Source: Candidatus Bathyarchaeota archaeon
Lineage (GTDB): Archaea; Thermoproteota; Bathyarchaeia; Bathyarchaeales; Bathycorpusculaceae
Assembly (NCBI GenBank): GCA_963832745.1
Contig: CAWHVC010000005.1
Span: 582,590 to 646,589, forward strand
DNA: 64,000 nt
Direction: 5' to 3'
Of this stretch, positions 40,667-51,452 are shown piece after piece. Numbering within the stretch: position 1 is the first letter of the stretch; each line of letters begins with the position of its first letter. The notes under the pieces were generated by a model. It was not told the origin of the DNA. It did no database searches and worked only from the letters and a program-made list of their open reading frames with translations. Made by a program: the position numbers and the translations under genes.

Positions 40667-42004
40667 TTAGAATTCTTTGCGATCCATTATGGTGTTAACG
40701 ATTGTGTCTAGCAGTTGCAGTGTACCTCGGTAACCCATCATTGCACGTCTCTGGTAACCGAACCGGTCAGCTTGCGGGAAACCAACGCGAACCAGTGGGA
40801 TGCATTCATTTTTTGCGATGTATTTGCCTTTGTAGTCGCCGATTATCATGTCAACTTTGGATTCCTTGATTTTCTGGTGCAAATCAAGCAGGTCGCCGCC
40901 TACGATTATGTTTAGTTTTTCTGGTTCTGCATCGTACTCTTTTGCGATGGCTTCGATTTCAGGTGGGAACGTTTTATCGTCAAGGGTTGTCATTACATGG
41001 ACGGGTTGCATGCCAATTTCGTAAGCAAACCGTGTAAGGCCACTTACGATGTCCGGGTCGCCGAAAATTGCCACTTTAACACCGAAAACGTTCATGCTAC
41101 AGTCAGCGTAAGCGTCAACAAGCAGGTCACGTTCATCCATCAACGCTTCACTTGGTTTTTTGCCGGTTTGTCTTGTGACGTTTGATATGAATTCTTCCGT
41201 GCTTGCAATGCCAATTGGGGTGGGACCAAGGAACATGGGGATTCCAAAGCGTTCTTGCATAAAGTTAGCTGCCCCTTGACCTTCTCGTTTGCATATTGCA
41301 AAAGTGCCAAATGAGTTGGCAGAATCCGCGATTTCTTCGATTGTTGTGCCGCCTTTTGGAAATTCGGGTTTAGGCAATCGTAATGGCGCGTTTAGGGTTT
41401 GTGAAATGTCTGTTAGGTAGATTGCGTCTACTTCCATCAGTTCAAGCATATGCTTGATTTCCAGTACATCCCCGGGGTTAATCATGCCGGGAATAATGTT
41501 GATTTTGTTGGTGGGATGGGTCTTTTTCTCTGCAAGCTGGGTAACCATGGCTTTAATTGCGTTATCATAGCCGATTACGTGGTTGCCAACATAGCTGGGC
41601 GTGTTTATGGTCACAATTTTTGCTTTATTTGCAAGGTCCTTGTTCTCTGCACGGAAAGCTTTGGTTATACCGTGGATGTCATCACCTGTTGTTTCGCTTA
41701 GGCATGTTGTTATGACGGTTATTATTTCGGGATGCTTGCGTTCGATGATGTTTCCTAATGCTTGCTTTAAGTTGGATGCACCGCCGAAGATTGTGGCTTT
41801 TTCATGTAGTGAAGTGATTGCGACTTCTATGGGTTCACGAAAGTGCCGTGCCATAAGGTTCCGTGGATACGTGGAACAACCTTGCGAACCATGGACTAAG
41901 GGTACGCTACCATGGATACCAAGGGTTGCCCAGATTGCTCCAATTGGCTGGCACATTTTAGGGGCGTTAACTGAGACGCTTCTTTGGTGTGTGATTACAG
42001 TCAT
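40667..42004 (-). CDS. nifK: Nitrogenase beta subunit (group III-like, short N-terminus)
   Basis: All three P-cluster Cys (CQPIGA, HGSQGC, TTCLSET), TPSYVG and VGFP..DR. Confidence 0.9.
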   Translation of the reverse strand: MTVITHQRSVSVNAPKMCQPIGAIWATLGIHGSVPLVHGSQGCSTYPRNLMARHFREPIEVAITSLHEKATIFGGASNLKQALGNIIERKHPEIITVITTCLSETTGDDIHGITKAFRAENKDLANKAKIVTINTPSYVGNHVIGYDNAIKAMVTQLAEKKTHPTNKINIIPGMINPGDVLEIKHMLELMEVDAIYLTDISQTLNAPLRLPKPEFPKGGTTIEEIADSANSFGTFAICKREGQGAANFMQERFGIPMFLGPTPIGIASTEEFISNVTRQTGKKPSEALMDERDLLVDAYADCSMNVFGVKVAIFGDPDIVSGLTRFAYEIGMQPVHVMTTLDDKTFPPEIEAIAKEYDAEPEKLNIIVGGDLLDLHQKIKESKVDMIIGDYKGKYIAKNECIPLVRVGFPQADRFGYQRRAMMGYRGTLQLLDTIVNTIMDRKEF

Positions 42005-43381
42005 TTATTGTACCCCCGGTTGTTTGTTTATAAATTTCCAAGCTGGAGAATAAAGAGCCTTATACATGTCCTGAGCGAAACGTACGAAACCCTTGAACAT
42101 CATGTAGCCGCCTTTGCTGTCGTAATTGTGTCCGTTAATGAAGGGTATGCCAAACTTGTAAGAGAGGTATTTTTCTTTGGTGCCTGAAATGAACAAGTCG
42201 GGTTTGTATTGAACCATAGCTTCTTCCAATTCGACAGCGTTAGGGTTATCAATGACTAAGGTACCGTTTTTAACGCGGCTGATAATTTTCTCATAGTCAT
42301 CCTCATGGCCAAACGTGGTTGCAGAAACAACAATGTCCATGCCAAGTTCTTCCATTGGTTTTACCCAGTGCCAACTTCTTGGACCACCTTCATACATCAT
42401 AATTTTTTTGCCTTCGAACTTTTTAAGGTAGAAATCAATTTGTGGTTGAGTTTCAGCCAACTCTTTTGCGATGACTTCTTCAGCTTTTTCTTCTAAACCA
42501 AAGAACTTGGCAATTTTGCGCAAATCATCAGCAGTCTGTTGCATACCATAGAAGTCTACTTCAAGGTGTGGTGTGCCCCATTTGTCTTTCATCATTTCAG
42601 CAATGTACTTGGCGCTACGGGCGCATCGGATAATGTTTAGTTTGGCTTCGTGCATTTTGGCTATGTCATGAATCGACGCGTCACCAGTGAATGTGCAGAC
42701 TACTCGTAGACCCATTGCTTCAAGCACGGGCACGATTAGCCAGTCGTCGCCTTTGATGTTGTATTCACCGATTAGGTTTACATCATAGGGTGTTTTTTCT
42801 TCTAGGGCTTCGGTGCCGACGACTTGGTCAAAGAGTGTTTGGTTGCCCACATGGTGACCGATGCTTTGGCTGACTCCGTGGAAACCTGGACAGTTGAAGG
42901 CAACTACGGGTTTGCCGATTGTTTTGCTGGCACGTTTTGCCACGGCATTAATGTCATCACCGATTAAACCTGCAACACATGTAGCGTAAACAAACACTGC
43001 ATGTGCTTCAGGAAAAGCATTGTTTGATTCAATGATTGAGTCGTAAAGTTTCTTTTCTCCACCAAAGACAATGTTTGACTCTTTTAGGTCAGTTGAGAAC
43101 ATGTTAGCTGTGTGCAAGTCGGTTTTTGCAATATGTGGACGACTATCCCAAGTGTAGTAGGCGCAGCCGATGGGTCCATGCTGGAGCTGGATGGCGTCTT
43201 TGACTGGCCCACCGACGACACCTCTGCAACCTGCGAAGGCACAACCTCGTTCGGTCATGTCTCCTGGGATGGTGCTTATGTTGCAAGCCATACATTTTTC
43301 GGTGTCCTTATCGTCTTTTAGGTAAATGTGTTTTTTACGTTCTGGAACATTCTTATCGCATTCTGGTAATACAAACGGCAT
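42005..43381 (-). CDS. nifD: Nitrogenase alpha subunit (group III-like)
   Basis: P-cluster Cys (RGCAFAG, GPIGC, ATC); Val70, Arg96, SQSIGHH (Gln191/His195); cofactor ligands Cys275 (RCARS) and His442 (NGHNY). Confidence 0.92.
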   Translation of the reverse strand: MPFVLPECDKNVPERKKHIYLKDDKDTEKCMACNISTIPGDMTERGCAFAGCRGVVGGPVKDAIQLQHGPIGCAYYTWDSRPHIAKTDLHTANMFSTDLKESNIVFGGEKKLYDSIIESNNAFPEAHAVFVYATCVAGLIGDDINAVAKRASKTIGKPVVAFNCPGFHGVSQSIGHHVGNQTLFDQVVGTEALEEKTPYDVNLIGEYNIKGDDWLIVPVLEAMGLRVVCTFTGDASIHDIAKMHEAKLNIIRCARSAKYIAEMMKDKWGTPHLEVDFYGMQQTADDLRKIAKFFGLEEKAEEVIAKELAETQPQIDFYLKKFEGKKIMMYEGGPRSWHWVKPMEELGMDIVVSATTFGHEDDYEKIISRVKNGTLVIDNPNAVELEEAMVQYKPDLFISGTKEKYLSYKFGIPFINGHNYDSKGGYMMFKGFVRFAQDMYKALYSPAWKFINKQPGVQ

Positions 43382-44269
43382 TTATTTTCCTCCAACTTTT
43401 TTGGTGCAAGCAGCGTCTTTTTGAGCGGCATTATCTTTTCCAGGTATGCCTACGGCGTCGGCGCGGCATTGTATACAATTATGAAATTGAACCATGATTC
43501 CGCCACAAACATTTCTTACTAATTGGACGTCTTTTAGTGACGGCGCGGGTATGTCGGCAAATTTACCTTGTGGAATAAGCGGCATGACGTTCATGATGTA
43601 TGCGCCCCGTTCCTGCACGGCTTGGGCAACGTCAATTATGTGGTTTGAGTTTATGCCTGGAATAAACACAGTGTTAACTTTAACTGCCATGCCCAATTCT
43701 GCTGCTAAACTTAAGCCTTCAAGCTGGTTTTTGCTTAAGACTTCAAAACCTTCTTTGCCGTGCAATGTCTTGCCGTTATAGCGTACATAAGAATAGATTT
43801 GCTCACCTACTGCAGGGTCAACAGCGTTTATCGTAATGGTCAAAGCATTAACCCCCAAGTCTTTTATGGCACGGATTTTTTCAGGCAGCAATAAACCGTT
43901 TGTTGATAAGCATCGGGTTAAATGGGGAAATTCTTGCTGAACAAATCGCAGAGTTTCAAATGTTGCATCACTGGTTAATGGGTCACCTGGTCCTGAAATA
44001 CCTATAACACGCAGTTGTGGGTCACTTTTTGCTACGGCACGGACACGTTCTATGGCTTCTTTTGGCGTGATTAGTTTGCTTGTAACGCCTGGTCGGCTTT
44101 CGTTTGCGCAGTCAAACTTTCGTACGCAGTAGTTGCAGCCGATGTTGCAGTTGGGTACAACTGGAAGGTGTACTCGGGCAAACTTGTGGTGCGCATCAAC
44201 ACTGTAACAGGGATGCTCCTTTACAATTTGGGAGCACCGCTGTTGATACGCGGTTTTAGAACTAATCAT
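43382..44269 (-). CDS. nifB: Radical-SAM cofactor biosynthesis protein NifB (SAM domain only)
   Basis: HPC, CNIGCNYC, ESRPG, SGPGD, TITIN, CIQCRADA. Confidence 0.95.
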   Translation of the reverse strand: MISSKTAYQQRCSQIVKEHPCYSVDAHHKFARVHLPVVPNCNIGCNYCVRKFDCANESRPGVTSKLITPKEAIERVRAVAKSDPQLRVIGISGPGDPLTSDATFETLRFVQQEFPHLTRCLSTNGLLLPEKIRAIKDLGVNALTITINAVDPAVGEQIYSYVRYNGKTLHGKEGFEVLSKNQLEGLSLAAELGMAVKVNTVFIPGINSNHIIDVAQAVQERGAYIMNVMPLIPQGKFADIPAPSLKDVQLVRNVCGGIMVQFHNCIQCRADAVGIPGKDNAAQKDAACTKKVGGK

Positions 44270-44292
44270 TATCCTTGCACCTGTTCCAAGTT

Positions 44293-45190
<898 letters not shown>

Positions 45191-45418
45191 ATTTACAGTA
45201 ATAATGAATGCACGTCAACATATTTTATAAAATACTAAACAAATACTCCAGCAGTAAAGAAGTCACTAGTTAAACGTCAAAAAAGCCAAAAAAACAGCCG
45301 ACCAAACCAACCAAAAAATGGTTTATACAAGCCACATTTAAACATTTATAAACAAAACAAAGCCAAAAACAACCAAAAAAATAGGCAGGCAGGGTTAACA
45401 ACAGCCCCACCAAACATT

Positions 45419-45739
45419 TTACATGTTACTACTACTGCTTGAACTTGAGCTACTACTGCTACTCATGTATTCTTTGATTGTCGTTGCAGGCATAGTATGA
45501 GTATCAACCACGCCATCCATTGCACGAATTTTGTCACCTACAAAATGCAGTGCATTATCGTTGCTGTTTGCTTCAAACCAGATTGCAATGTCCCAGTCAC
45601 CGAAAACGTTATAGGAACCTGAAATGTTTACGCCGTTCATCGGGTTTTGCGACAGATTTGTGAATGCATTAAAGAAAGCGTTTGTTTTCAATGGGTTTAA
45701 CTTTATTAAAACTAGATATTTTTGCATGTTTTTTTGCAT
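45419..45739 (-). CDS. Stand-alone Lrp/AsnC ligand-binding (RAM-like) domain protein with poly-Ser tail
   Basis: YLVLIK...YNVFGDWDI......KIRAMDGVVDTHT; no HTH; 12 consecutive Ser. Confidence 0.7.
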   Translation of the reverse strand: MQKNMQKYLVLIKLNPLKTNAFFNAFTNLSQNPMNGVNISGSYNVFGDWDIAIWFEANSNDNALHFVGDKIRAMDGVVDTHTMPATTIKEYMSSSSSSSSSSSSNM

Positions 45740-45818
45740 TTAAAATTCACCGATTTTATAGATGCAAAAGGGTGCTTAAGCGTGTGTGACTGCTAAACAA
45801 CAGCAACAAACTTTAAGG

Positions 45819-46097
45819 TTATTGCAGAAAAGACAGCGCTGCTTTTATTTTGGCTTGGCATTTAACGCATTTTTCCATAAAATCCTCACGATGCAATGGG
45901 CCACACGAGTCACATGAAAAGCGTTGTTCTGAATCATTGATGAAGCAGCAAACTGGATATTTGGTTGATTCTTTAAAGGCACCCAAGATTATGGATAGTT
46001 GGGCTGCTGCGTTACTGGATGCATCCTCGTCAGGTTCAAGGCCCATGCTGGATAATTGGTCTATTAAGTGGTCTAACCGCCGTTTTATGCTTGTCAA
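45819..46097 (-). CDS. Small Cys-containing hypothetical protein
   Basis: TTG start; VCC, CDSC and CVKC motifs. Confidence 0.55.
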   Translation of the reverse strand: MTSIKRRLDHLIDQLSSMGLEPDEDASSNAAAQLSIILGAFKESTKYPVCCFINDSEQRFSCDSCGPLHREDFMEKCVKCQAKIKAALSFLQ

Positions 46098-46205
46098 ACC
46101 CTTTGCCCCACTCAAACAAGAGCAACAGCAAAGGCAAAATAAAAACTTAACCAACAAAAAAAGAAATTACTTCAATATCAAGCAAAAATTTTGAATTCAA
46201 CAATA

Positions 46206-46901
46206 TTAACAGCTTATGCCATAGTAATCGCTAAAATCCAGCAGAACACCGTTATGGAATTCAAACGTGACGGCTTTGTCTAAGTCGCGGGCTGTTGGAT
46301 TTATTGGCGATAGTTTAAGTGTTGTGTAGATGTCTTGTTCGGAGAATTGTTTGATGACTATTTGCAGTGTTGTGTCCCCGTTTGTTATGTTCATAGGTTG
46401 GATGTGGTTGACAAGTTCGAGGGTTTGCCGCATTTCTAAAAGGTATGAGGCGTTGCTTTGATAGTTTTGGTATCGTTCAAGAAAACTTTTTGTCCAATTC
46501 AAAATCTTGTCTGAGGGATAAGCTGGAGAAAACAGTGTGTTCGAACGGACGCTGAAGTAGGGTTCGTGAATGTAAGTGCTGTTTGATTTTGTGTATAAAA
46601 TGTCAACGTATGCCTCATCGTCTGGAGATTTCAAATCGTACTGCATCAAATAAAGCGGCAACCCATTACTACTTACAACATCCAATTGAGGCCAAAAATG
46701 TAAATCAACAACTTCATAATCAGTCAAGTTAAAACCTACAACGTCTCTTAGGAACGCCAAAGATTCATCTTGTAAAGAGGCAGGTGCTGAAGGATTAAAC
46801 AAAAACTGGGGTGTTCTCCAAGATGCTGCTATAAACAAAACCGCGAACAACACAGCACAGAACCCAATCAGGAGGAATCTTCTCTTCAGAATTAACACCA
46901 C
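46206..46901 (-). CDS. Membrane-anchored hypothetical protein
   Basis: N-terminal TM; FLRDVVGFNL block. Confidence 0.7.
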   Translation of the reverse strand: MVLILKRRFLLIGFCAVLFAVLFIAASWRTPQFLFNPSAPASLQDESLAFLRDVVGFNLTDYEVVDLHFWPQLDVVSSNGLPLYLMQYDLKSPDDEAYVDILYTKSNSTYIHEPYFSVRSNTLFSPAYPSDKILNWTKSFLERYQNYQSNASYLLEMRQTLELVNHIQPMNITNGDTTLQIVIKQFSEQDIYTTLKLSPINPTARDLDKAVTFEFHNGVLLDFSDYYGISC

Positions 46902-46974
46902 CCTTTAATATTGAAGCACACAGGTTAAAAGTTTAGTCATCATTAAGGGCGCCCAAGCGATAAAGGAAGCACCA

Positions 46975-47043
46975 ACCTATTTGGATTCCTAATAGAAATG
47001 GTGTGCAGAAACCTATAGGGGGTAGGTCAGTTAGGCGCTTTTT
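46975..47043 (+). repeat. Dispersed intergenic repeat, copy C
   Basis: CCTATTTGGATTCCTAATAGAAATGGTGTGCAGAAACCTATAGGGGGTAGGTCAGTTAGGCGCTTTTT. Confidence 0.88.
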
Positions 47044-47062
47044 CAAGTCATTAGTATATTGA

Positions 47063-47983
47063 TTAGTGATCTTTGCTTCTGACATACCTTGATGCTCGCA
47101 TAGCAGCTACTGCACCTTCACCTGCCGCCGTCACCACTTGCATACCCCCACAGGTACAATCGCCAGCAGCAAAAACGCCTTCAAGATTGGTTCTCTGCTG
47201 CCTATCAACCAACAAGCAACCATTCACGTCCATGCCCACGCCGGCATTTCGAACAATAGCTGTCAAAGGAACACTGCCTAAAGCAATAAAGACCCCCTTA
47301 ACTTCCCGTTCAACCATGCTATCTACGGTTTGGATTTTTACTGCTTTTACTGTTTGGTCGCCAGTTATAGTAGTTACTTTACCTTGAAGGGTTTCGATTT
47401 TGGGTTTATACTTCAACCTGCTAAGTATTGTGCCCTCAATGTTTAATTCACCGTCATAAATCAACAAGACATGCTCAGCGAATTCTGCCAAACTTAACGC
47501 TTCAACTGCTGCCTCGTTACTGTTGCCTACAACAGCCACTTTGGCGCGTTTAAAAAATGGTCCATCACACACTGCACAATAGCTGACACCTCGACCAAGA
47601 AAAAGGGCTTCACCAGGGACATTGAGTTTACGTTTTTGAGTTCCGGTTGCCAAAATAATAACGTAAGCGTCATAGGTTTGTTTTCGAGTAAAAACATGCT
47701 TAACTTCACCTGCTAGTTCTAAACCCGCGACTTCTTCGGATGTAACGATTTCTGCACCCAAACGTTCCGCCTGACGCCGCATTTTTTCTGCTAAATCGCT
47801 TCCTTTGATACCTTCGTCAAAACCAGGGAAATTTTCAATCATGGGGGCAGTCCAAGCTTTTCCGCCTGGTATTCCAGATTCTAGAACTAATGTTTTTAGT
47901 CCAAGCCAGGCTGTGTAGATGGCTGCGGTTAATCCTGCAGGTCCTGCTCCTATTATTAAAATGTCGTAAGGTTGAGTTTGCAT
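47063..47983 (-). CDS. trxB: Thioredoxin-disulfide reductase
   Basis: GAGPAGLTAA, IENFPG, GRGVSYCAVCDG, FAAGD. Confidence 0.9.
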   Translation of the reverse strand: MQTQPYDILIIGAGPAGLTAAIYTAWLGLKTLVLESGIPGGKAWTAPMIENFPGFDEGIKGSDLAEKMRRQAERLGAEIVTSEEVAGLELAGEVKHVFTRKQTYDAYVIILATGTQKRKLNVPGEALFLGRGVSYCAVCDGPFFKRAKVAVVGNSNEAAVEALSLAEFAEHVLLIYDGELNIEGTILSRLKYKPKIETLQGKVTTITGDQTVKAVKIQTVDSMVEREVKGVFIALGSVPLTAIVRNAGVGMDVNGCLLVDRQQRTNLEGVFAAGDCTCGGMQVVTAAGEGAVAAMRASRYVRSKDH

Positions 47984-48144
47984 AAAAAGTGCCTCTTGAG
48001 AACAGATTAAGAATGTTTTTTGTTGGTAATTAATGTTTTATAATTGAGCTTCCAGCCGAAGGTTTGAAAGAACCACGTTTTTTAGATGCTTTTATATGGT
48101 TTTTTGCACACTACAAGTAAACCGAGAACCAGCAGAGGACTATT

Positions 48145-49782
48145 ATGGAGACCTTAAAACCGCTATTAAGTCGGGTTAAAAACGGATTTAATAGGTGGCG
48201 ACTGGCACTTTTAATTTTTCTTATAGTCTACGCCGTGTTTTTGCTGTTTAACCTATCAAAATCCGCAATCCAATGGGATGAAATTACCCATTTAAACGGC
48301 GGCTCCTTTCTGCTCAGAGGCGAATACCAAACCTACATGGGACTAAACTCGTTTTACCCACCAATGTTTGACGTAGTAACAATGGTCTTCTTTAGAATCC
48401 TTGGAATCAGCGTCTTCTCCGGACGCTTAGTAGCAGTCGTGTTTTCACTTCTGACAATATGGATAGTTTTCGAGTTCACCTACAAAATGTTTAACGAAAA
48501 AACCGCTTTACTTGCCAGTGTCCTGTTTGGTGCCATGCCAGGCTTCTTTTGGCTTTCACGCATGGCCATGATTGAAACTATGCTGGTCTTCTTCTTCACG
48601 TTGTCGCTGATGTGCTTTTTTATGTGGCTAAAAAACCGCAAAACCCTATGGCTGGTTTTCGCCGGCATAGCATTGGGTTTAGGCTTTTTGACCAAATACC
48701 AAATGATAATCGCAGGCGTTGTAATGCTTGTAAGCATGCTATTTTTAGCCAAGAATAAGCTGAGAATTCATTTAAGCAAAATAACGATTTTAGCAATCGC
48801 CGTTATCTTAGTGGCGGTTCCATGGATTCTAATCGCTTACCAAACGTACGCTTCCAACATGCTCAATCAGTGGATATACGCTCTGCAGATGGGTAATCCT
48901 GAAAAGTCAGTTTACAGCATCCGCTTCAGCGTACCAGTATCCTACACCGTCTTCTACTTCATAGAAATGGTTTGGCCATACCCCAACATTCACCCAGTCT
49001 CACTGCTGCTTTACGCGGTAGGTTTAGCGGGATTGGGTTTTTTGGCTTGGCGAAGAAAACCTGAAGACAAGTACCTGTTGATTTGGTTTATAGTAGTGTT
49101 TGTTTTCTTTACGCTGATTCCAAATAAGCAATGGCGCTATGTTTTGCCGTTGTTTCCTGTCATGGCGATTGCAGCGGCGAGCTTAATCGTTTATGCTTAC
49201 GAGAAAATGCAAAAGACCCTGAAAAGCAACGTGCCAATTAAAAATAAAAACCTGACAAAAGTAGCCGCTTTATTGTTGACTGTTTTTTTGGCAGCAGGAT
49301 TGTTTTTCAGCGTCAATGACGCTCAAAGTTGGGTTTCAAACGACGAAATTGTAATGCCAATTGACGAAGTCACCAATTATGCCGCTAACCACATGACGGG
49401 TAATCAGTCAATAATGCTTGTTTGCCCCTTTAACTTGTTTAGCCAAGACATGTTCAGGTTTTATCTTTGGGCCAACAGTTCCAACAGAAACATGAACGCA
49501 TATCAGTACCCAGAGCTTCCAGTTGACACGTACCAGCTTAATTTCAACGTAACAGAATTCGTAACTTTATGCGAAGAACTTAACGTCAAATACATAGTTC
49601 TTTATGATTATGGAGCAAACACCCCATTCTACAATACAACCCTAACAATAAGCAACGTTACAACAATGATTTATGAAACCCACAGGTTTGGAGACTCAAC
49701 AGACCAACCATTCTTTGGAATCATGCCACACAGAATGTTCCTTGTACCCTTTAACAAGAACCAGACTCAAACAGGAATTTAA
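48145..49782 (+). CDS. GT39/ArnT-like (PMT-family) membrane glycosyltransferase
   Basis: IQWDE first loop, YPP, SRMAMIE, GFLTKY, KQWRYVLP. Confidence 0.85.
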   Translation: METLKPLLSRVKNGFNRWRLALLIFLIVYAVFLLFNLSKSAIQWDEITHLNGGSFLLRGEYQTYMGLNSFYPPMFDVVTMVFFRILGISVFSGRLVAVVFSLLTIWIVFEFTYKMFNEKTALLASVLFGAMPGFFWLSRMAMIETMLVFFFTLSLMCFFMWLKNRKTLWLVFAGIALGLGFLTKYQMIIAGVVMLVSMLFLAKNKLRIHLSKITILAIAVILVAVPWILIAYQTYASNMLNQWIYALQMGNPEKSVYSIRFSVPVSYTVFYFIEMVWPYPNIHPVSLLLYAVGLAGLGFLAWRRKPEDKYLLIWFIVVFVFFTLIPNKQWRYVLPLFPVMAIAAASLIVYAYEKMQKTLKSNVPIKNKNLTKVAALLLTVFLAAGLFFSVNDAQSWVSNDEIVMPIDEVTNYAANHMTGNQSIMLVCPFNLFSQDMFRFYLWANSSNRNMNAYQYPELPVDTYQLNFNVTEFVTLCEELNVKYIVLYDYGANTPFYNTTLTISNVTTMIYETHRFGDSTDQPFFGIMPHRMFLVPFNKNQTQTGI

Positions 49783-50225
49783 AAGGTTTCTAAAATTTCA
49801 AACCCAGTTTTCTGGTCCTTTTCACGTCTCGCACTGCTGCCGGTTAACTCAATCATTACTACTTCGCCGATAAGCCAAACTTCAACGCCTGCCCTCATGC
49901 AACCTGTGGTGGCGGCGCCGTTCCTGCCAAAGCTTCCATGCATGTGCAGTTTTGGTTTGCCTTGTGGGTCGGAGAAGATTGTGCCTACACCGCAGCCTTC
50001 ATGAACACCCTTAAGCAGAGTGGTCATTGGTTCAACTGGGAGAGCGTCGCCGTCTTTTGGTCCGACAACAAGTTTGCTTTTATCTTCTGCACCGCCCAGA
50101 AAAAGGCAAAGTGCGCTTTTGACGCCTTGTTTTTCGGCAAAAGCTTCTAAAGTTTCATGCACGATTTCGCCGTCTTGCAGTCTTAGAATGAATATTCGAC
50201 CCATGTTTGCTTGTGAGTAATCCAA
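49779..50225 (-). CDS. PPC/DUF296-domain protein
   Basis: FILRL.DGE, GVGTI, LHMHGSFG, EVVMIEL. Confidence 0.85.
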   Translation of the reverse strand: MDYSQANMGRIFILRLQDGEIVHETLEAFAEKQGVKSALCLFLGGAEDKSKLVVGPKDGDALPVEPMTTLLKGVHEGCGVGTIFSDPQGKPKLHMHGSFGRNGAATTGCMRAGVEVWLIGEVVMIELTGSSARREKDQKTGFEILETF

Positions 50226-50330
50226 ACTTTTTGGCTCCTTGCAGGTTAGACGTGTAGCAAAAGATAATCAGGTATAAAAGAATTAAGATTACCAGTAAGT
50301 TTTTGTGGTAACTACGAGGAAAAACGGTTT

Positions 50331-50489
50331 TTATATTCTTGCTATGTAGAGTGTTTTGCTTGCTTCTTCCTTTCTTTTTCTCAAAGACGCCTCTTGACTG
50401 CTTGCAGAGATAACAACTGCACTCTCAGGTAAGCAACTTGAAAGACTACAGTTTGAAAGGTGTCTTTGTTTCTGGGGAGTTTTGGACAT
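50331..50489 (-). CDS. 52-aa small protein (absent from ORF track)
   Basis: MSKTPQKQRHLSNCSLSSCLPESAVVISASSQEASLRKRKEEASKTLYIARI; GTGAGGT SD and TTTATAT upstream. Confidence 0.5.
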   Translation of the reverse strand: MSKTPQKQRHLSNCSLSSCLPESAVVISASSQEASLRKRKEEASKTLYIARI

Positions 50490-50599
50490 TTTTTATTACC
50501 TCACTTGGATTTACAAAAAGATTCAGGTTTTGCATATAAAGATTGTTATGAACATAAAATAAATATTCTTAAAAGATAATCTTTTTAAATGAAACGTTA

Positions 50600-51199
50600 T
50601 TAACGGAAGCGGTCGTTTTTCCATACATCAGCACTGTCACTGTAGCCACGGCGCTCCCAAAACCCCAACTCTTTACCACGAGTAAACGTTAACCGTTCAA
50701 CCCACAAAGCACTTTTGTAAGCGTATTTGCTTGGAACAACCAACCTCACCGGGAAACCATAGCCTTCTTCAAGCACTTCACCGTTAAGTTTGTAAGCCAA
50801 AAGCACATCTGCAGGTGCAAGTTCTTCCCGGTAAAGTGAGGTTTTATAGTTGTCGGCACAGGTGAATGTTACGGCTTTAGCGACATCACGTGGTTTGACT
50901 ATGCGTTCGATTTCTTTTATGTGGACTCCTTCCCAACGGCAATCCAGAACGCTCCAGCCTTCAACGCAGTGAAAATCGCTTATTGACACGGTTTTGGGCA
51001 ACGCTAAAAACTCGTTCCAACTAATGCTTGCGGGTTTTTCTACTTCACCATCGATAGATAGTTTGTATGTGTCAAGGTTGATTTTTGGGTTTTCAGATGT
51101 GATTCCTGGATGGTCAATGCCCCAACGGAGAAGTCTTTTTATGGCTTTCTGGTCGGGTGGCAACTTTTTTTCTTGTTTAGAAGTCACGTTAAAAACCAT
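50600..51199 (-). CDS. Molybdopterin-dependent oxidoreductase (sulfite-oxidase family, catalytic domain)
   Basis: LPPDQ, DFHCVEGWS, WEGV, GFPVRLVVP.KYAYKSA.W, GFWERRGY. Confidence 0.9.
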   Translation of the reverse strand: MVFNVTSKQEKKLPPDQKAIKRLLRWGIDHPGITSENPKINLDTYKLSIDGEVEKPASISWNEFLALPKTVSISDFHCVEGWSVLDCRWEGVHIKEIERIVKPRDVAKAVTFTCADNYKTSLYREELAPADVLLAYKLNGEVLEEGYGFPVRLVVPSKYAYKSALWVERLTFTRGKELGFWERRGYSDSADVWKNDRFR

Positions 51200-51452
51200 T
51201 TGTTAAGTTATTTGATAGATGGATAATAAAGTTTCTGAGGTAGCGCGTTTTATTGTTTGCATCTAAATAAATGTTATGCACAGCACTAAATAAGAGGTTA
51301 TTTTGCGTTTTATTCAACGTTTTATTGTGAATCATTGAGTTGTTTTATTATGCTTAGAATATTTTTTTACATTTCATGTTTTGATTTCATAAACAATATA
51401 GTCCTATTTTGCACGTGTGATATCTTAAGACTTAAAATAGGAAGAGAGAACT

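Noticed and set aside
40667-43381. The D/K pair as NifE/NifN or as a nitrogenase-like enzyme (Mar, Cfb, DPOR/COR)
   Set aside because: The alpha chain keeps Arg96, Gln191, His195, Cys275 and His442, the beta chain keeps all three P-cluster Cys, and nifB and a nifV-like gene are adjacent. This fits catalytic NifDK better, although a tree is still needed.
50600-51199. Molybdopterin enzyme as evidence that the nitrogenase uses Mo
   Set aside because: Moco and FeMo-co pathways are independent and the gene is outside the nif cluster; it shows only that the cell probably handles Mo or W.
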